Shown here: positions 62,020 to 64,000 of the stretch, piece after piece
Layout: every line of letters begins with the position of its first letter
Position numbering within the stretch: the stretch's first letter is position 1
DNA from: Eledone cirrhosa
Lineage: Eukaryota
Length of the DNA stretch: 64,000 bases
Reading direction: 5' to 3'
Assembly (NCBI GenBank): GCA_964016885.1
Contig: OZ024745.1
Span: 40,052,001-40,116,000 of the forward strand
Position numbers and translations under genes: made by a program
The notes under the pieces: generated by a model
Database searches by the model: none
Seen by the model: only the letters and a program-made list of their open reading frames with translations
What the model was told of the DNA's origin: nothing

Positions 62020-62159
62020 GGAAAATGTTTTACCCCGACGGCAGAGCTCAAGCCGTTATCTTCTATTCTCATCTTAATAACCTATTCTATAGAATAGGTT
62101 AATAAGTTGAGAATAGAAGATAACAGCTTGAGTTTTGCCGTCGGAGTAAAACATTTTCC
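62020..62159. repeat. Fold-back palindrome of the 16150-type family
   Basis: GGAAAATGTTTTACCCCGACGGCAGAGCTCAAG.. is mirrored by ..CTTGAGTTTTGCCGTCGGAGTAAAACATTTTCC. Confidence 0.85.
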
Positions 62160-62162
62160 ATA

Positions 62163-62760
62163 TATATATAAATGAAAGTAGAGAAATTAATGTAAGTGAC
62201 TATAAGATGAAACATTTTTAACGAAAGATATTGGATAATATATCTTAATTCAATAAAATCAAGAAAAAATACTTAACCTTCGATTTTGGAAAACTACAAA
62301 TGCACTATATAGTCTTAAAAAGACTATTTCACGAAACTTTTCAGTGGGGTTACTCACGGTTTAGCGTCGATCATCAGTAGTGCTCAAACACGTTAACTAA
62401 ATCACATTGCTAAAATGTCGGGGTGAAATGGAAGCAGGCAAGCAAACATCGTGTAGAATTGAAATAACAAAACACACACGTGGATACCCTCTATTGATTC
62501 CTGGATGAGACGAAAATCTGTTTATAAAAAAACAATCAACAAAGATATGGAGTTCAGCCTAAGCAATATTATCGCAGTTTTTTTTAAATAAAACCTGGGA
62601 TTAGTCACAAATATTAATAAGCACTCAAGGAAGGCTCCGAGTAAAATATATAAATGAAAGTAGAGAAATTAATGTAAGCAAAAAGCCTACAATAATTAGA
62701 CATATAAGTAACTATAAACAGAAAGAGGAAACATTTTTAACGAAAGATATGGGATAAGTA
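62163..62760. repeat. Partial direct repeat, ~480-bp period
   Basis: ATATATAAATGAAAGTAGAGAAATTAATGTAAG..AAACATTTTTAACGAAAGATAT at ~62165 and ~62647. Confidence 0.7.
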
Positions 62761-64000
62761 ATATATAAGATATATATATATATATAAGATACATATATAT
62801 ATATATATATATATATAATCAGATATATATATATATATGACTAATAAATAAATACGGAATTTTGGACTTGTATTTTTCTATAATGTATGAACTTAAATCA
62901 TGACTTCCAAAATATAGATTTATATTTCTACATGGTGTACCTCGAATCGTTTTAAATTGAATATATCATATTATGTAATTGGGTTAATTATTAATGCCTG
63001 CATCAAAGTAATAAATACACATGAATCAAATATTATCAGCACACTTAAAGAATGCCGTGGAAAATGTCCAAATATTTAAGAAGAGCATTGCGAAAATATA
63101 CAGACAAACAAATTGATAATAAATACCATCTGATTGAAAAAACATTCGATACAGTCTAAATACTATTATTTTCGAACCTTAAACAATTCGGCCCTGACAT
63201 AAAAAAATTCTTTAAAATTTTAAACTTTGTAAACTATTTAAGAATTTGAAATATGCCGCTCGTGATTTAATGTAATATGCGGAAAGTAATGGCATGGTGT
63301 ACCATCACTCAAGCCCCAGAAATGTCACATCTTCTGTTCTGTATAGGAATGACATGAAATCCACTCAACTATTTAACATTAAAACGTGGTACACCAATGT
63401 TAATTAAGGAGCCTCTTTAGCTTCCTTGATAAAGTAAGTAGAGAGCAAAATCTCTGCACATACGCTTCATGGCGAGTGGAATCCAAGTACATCTGGGTAT
63501 AAATTTGATTATTTAAATTATGAAACTGCATCTCCTAGCACTGGACATAATGATTTAATCTTAATTATTCACTGAAGGCTAATTAAAGCTTTTACTGGTG
63601 TTGCTAAATATGCCTCAACAAAGTGACTTTAATTTGAAAATATATTTCTGCAAAATATATCAATGTTAGTAGATTTCAACATTTATCGTGTGAATTGCCA
63701 ATCATACATCGAAATCAGATGTTTGAATTTCACAGTTGCGTGTTTTATCGTACAAATATTATTTTGTTGTTCCTCCACGTTTGATTTCGTGTCTCTTTTT
63801 TTATTTTCAGACGCATATTTGAAATATATTATCTTCATTGATTTTAATTCTTACATCTCTATTGCTTTAGTTAATGCCACTTGGATATATTATTTCGTTA
63901 ATTGTAATATAGAAAATTGAATAACTCACATTCAGATGTTGGAATCAATGTATTTAACTGCATACTTTCTAAATATCTCAATAATTACACCATAAAATTC

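Noticed and set aside
62340-62385. CTGATGA..TAAAC HHR-like motif on the minus strand
   Set aside because: G12 is missing and stems I and II do not pair convincingly.

Overview
AT-rich eukaryotic DNA dense in (TA)n, (CA)n and (CATA)n microsatellites. The repeat content looks cephalopod/Octopus-like (inference), and no host protein-coding gene can be supported. It holds decayed transposons: a near full-length RTE-clade LINE inserted into a mariner terminal repeat, an R4/Dong-type restriction-like-endonuclease LINE inside a (CATA)n tract, Penelope-like elements (Naiad-type GIY-YIG and a Neptune-type fragment), mariner remnants, a non-autonomous Helitron and two tRNA-SINE families. The main signal is about ten apparently unrelated non-coding repeat families carrying type-I hammerhead ribozyme (HHR) motifs (CUGANGA/UUGANAA...GAAA-palindrome-NUH). 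They sit in (TA)n tracts as tandem arrays (310, 420-466 and 680 bp units, retrozyme-like) or as fold-back palindromes. Wherever both arms carry the motif, the two HHRs point outward (head-to-head). This suggests a (TA)n-targeted, Penelope-driven retrozyme system with recurrent non-canonical cores (U3-A8, U10.1.U11.1). All structures were read by eye and none was computed.
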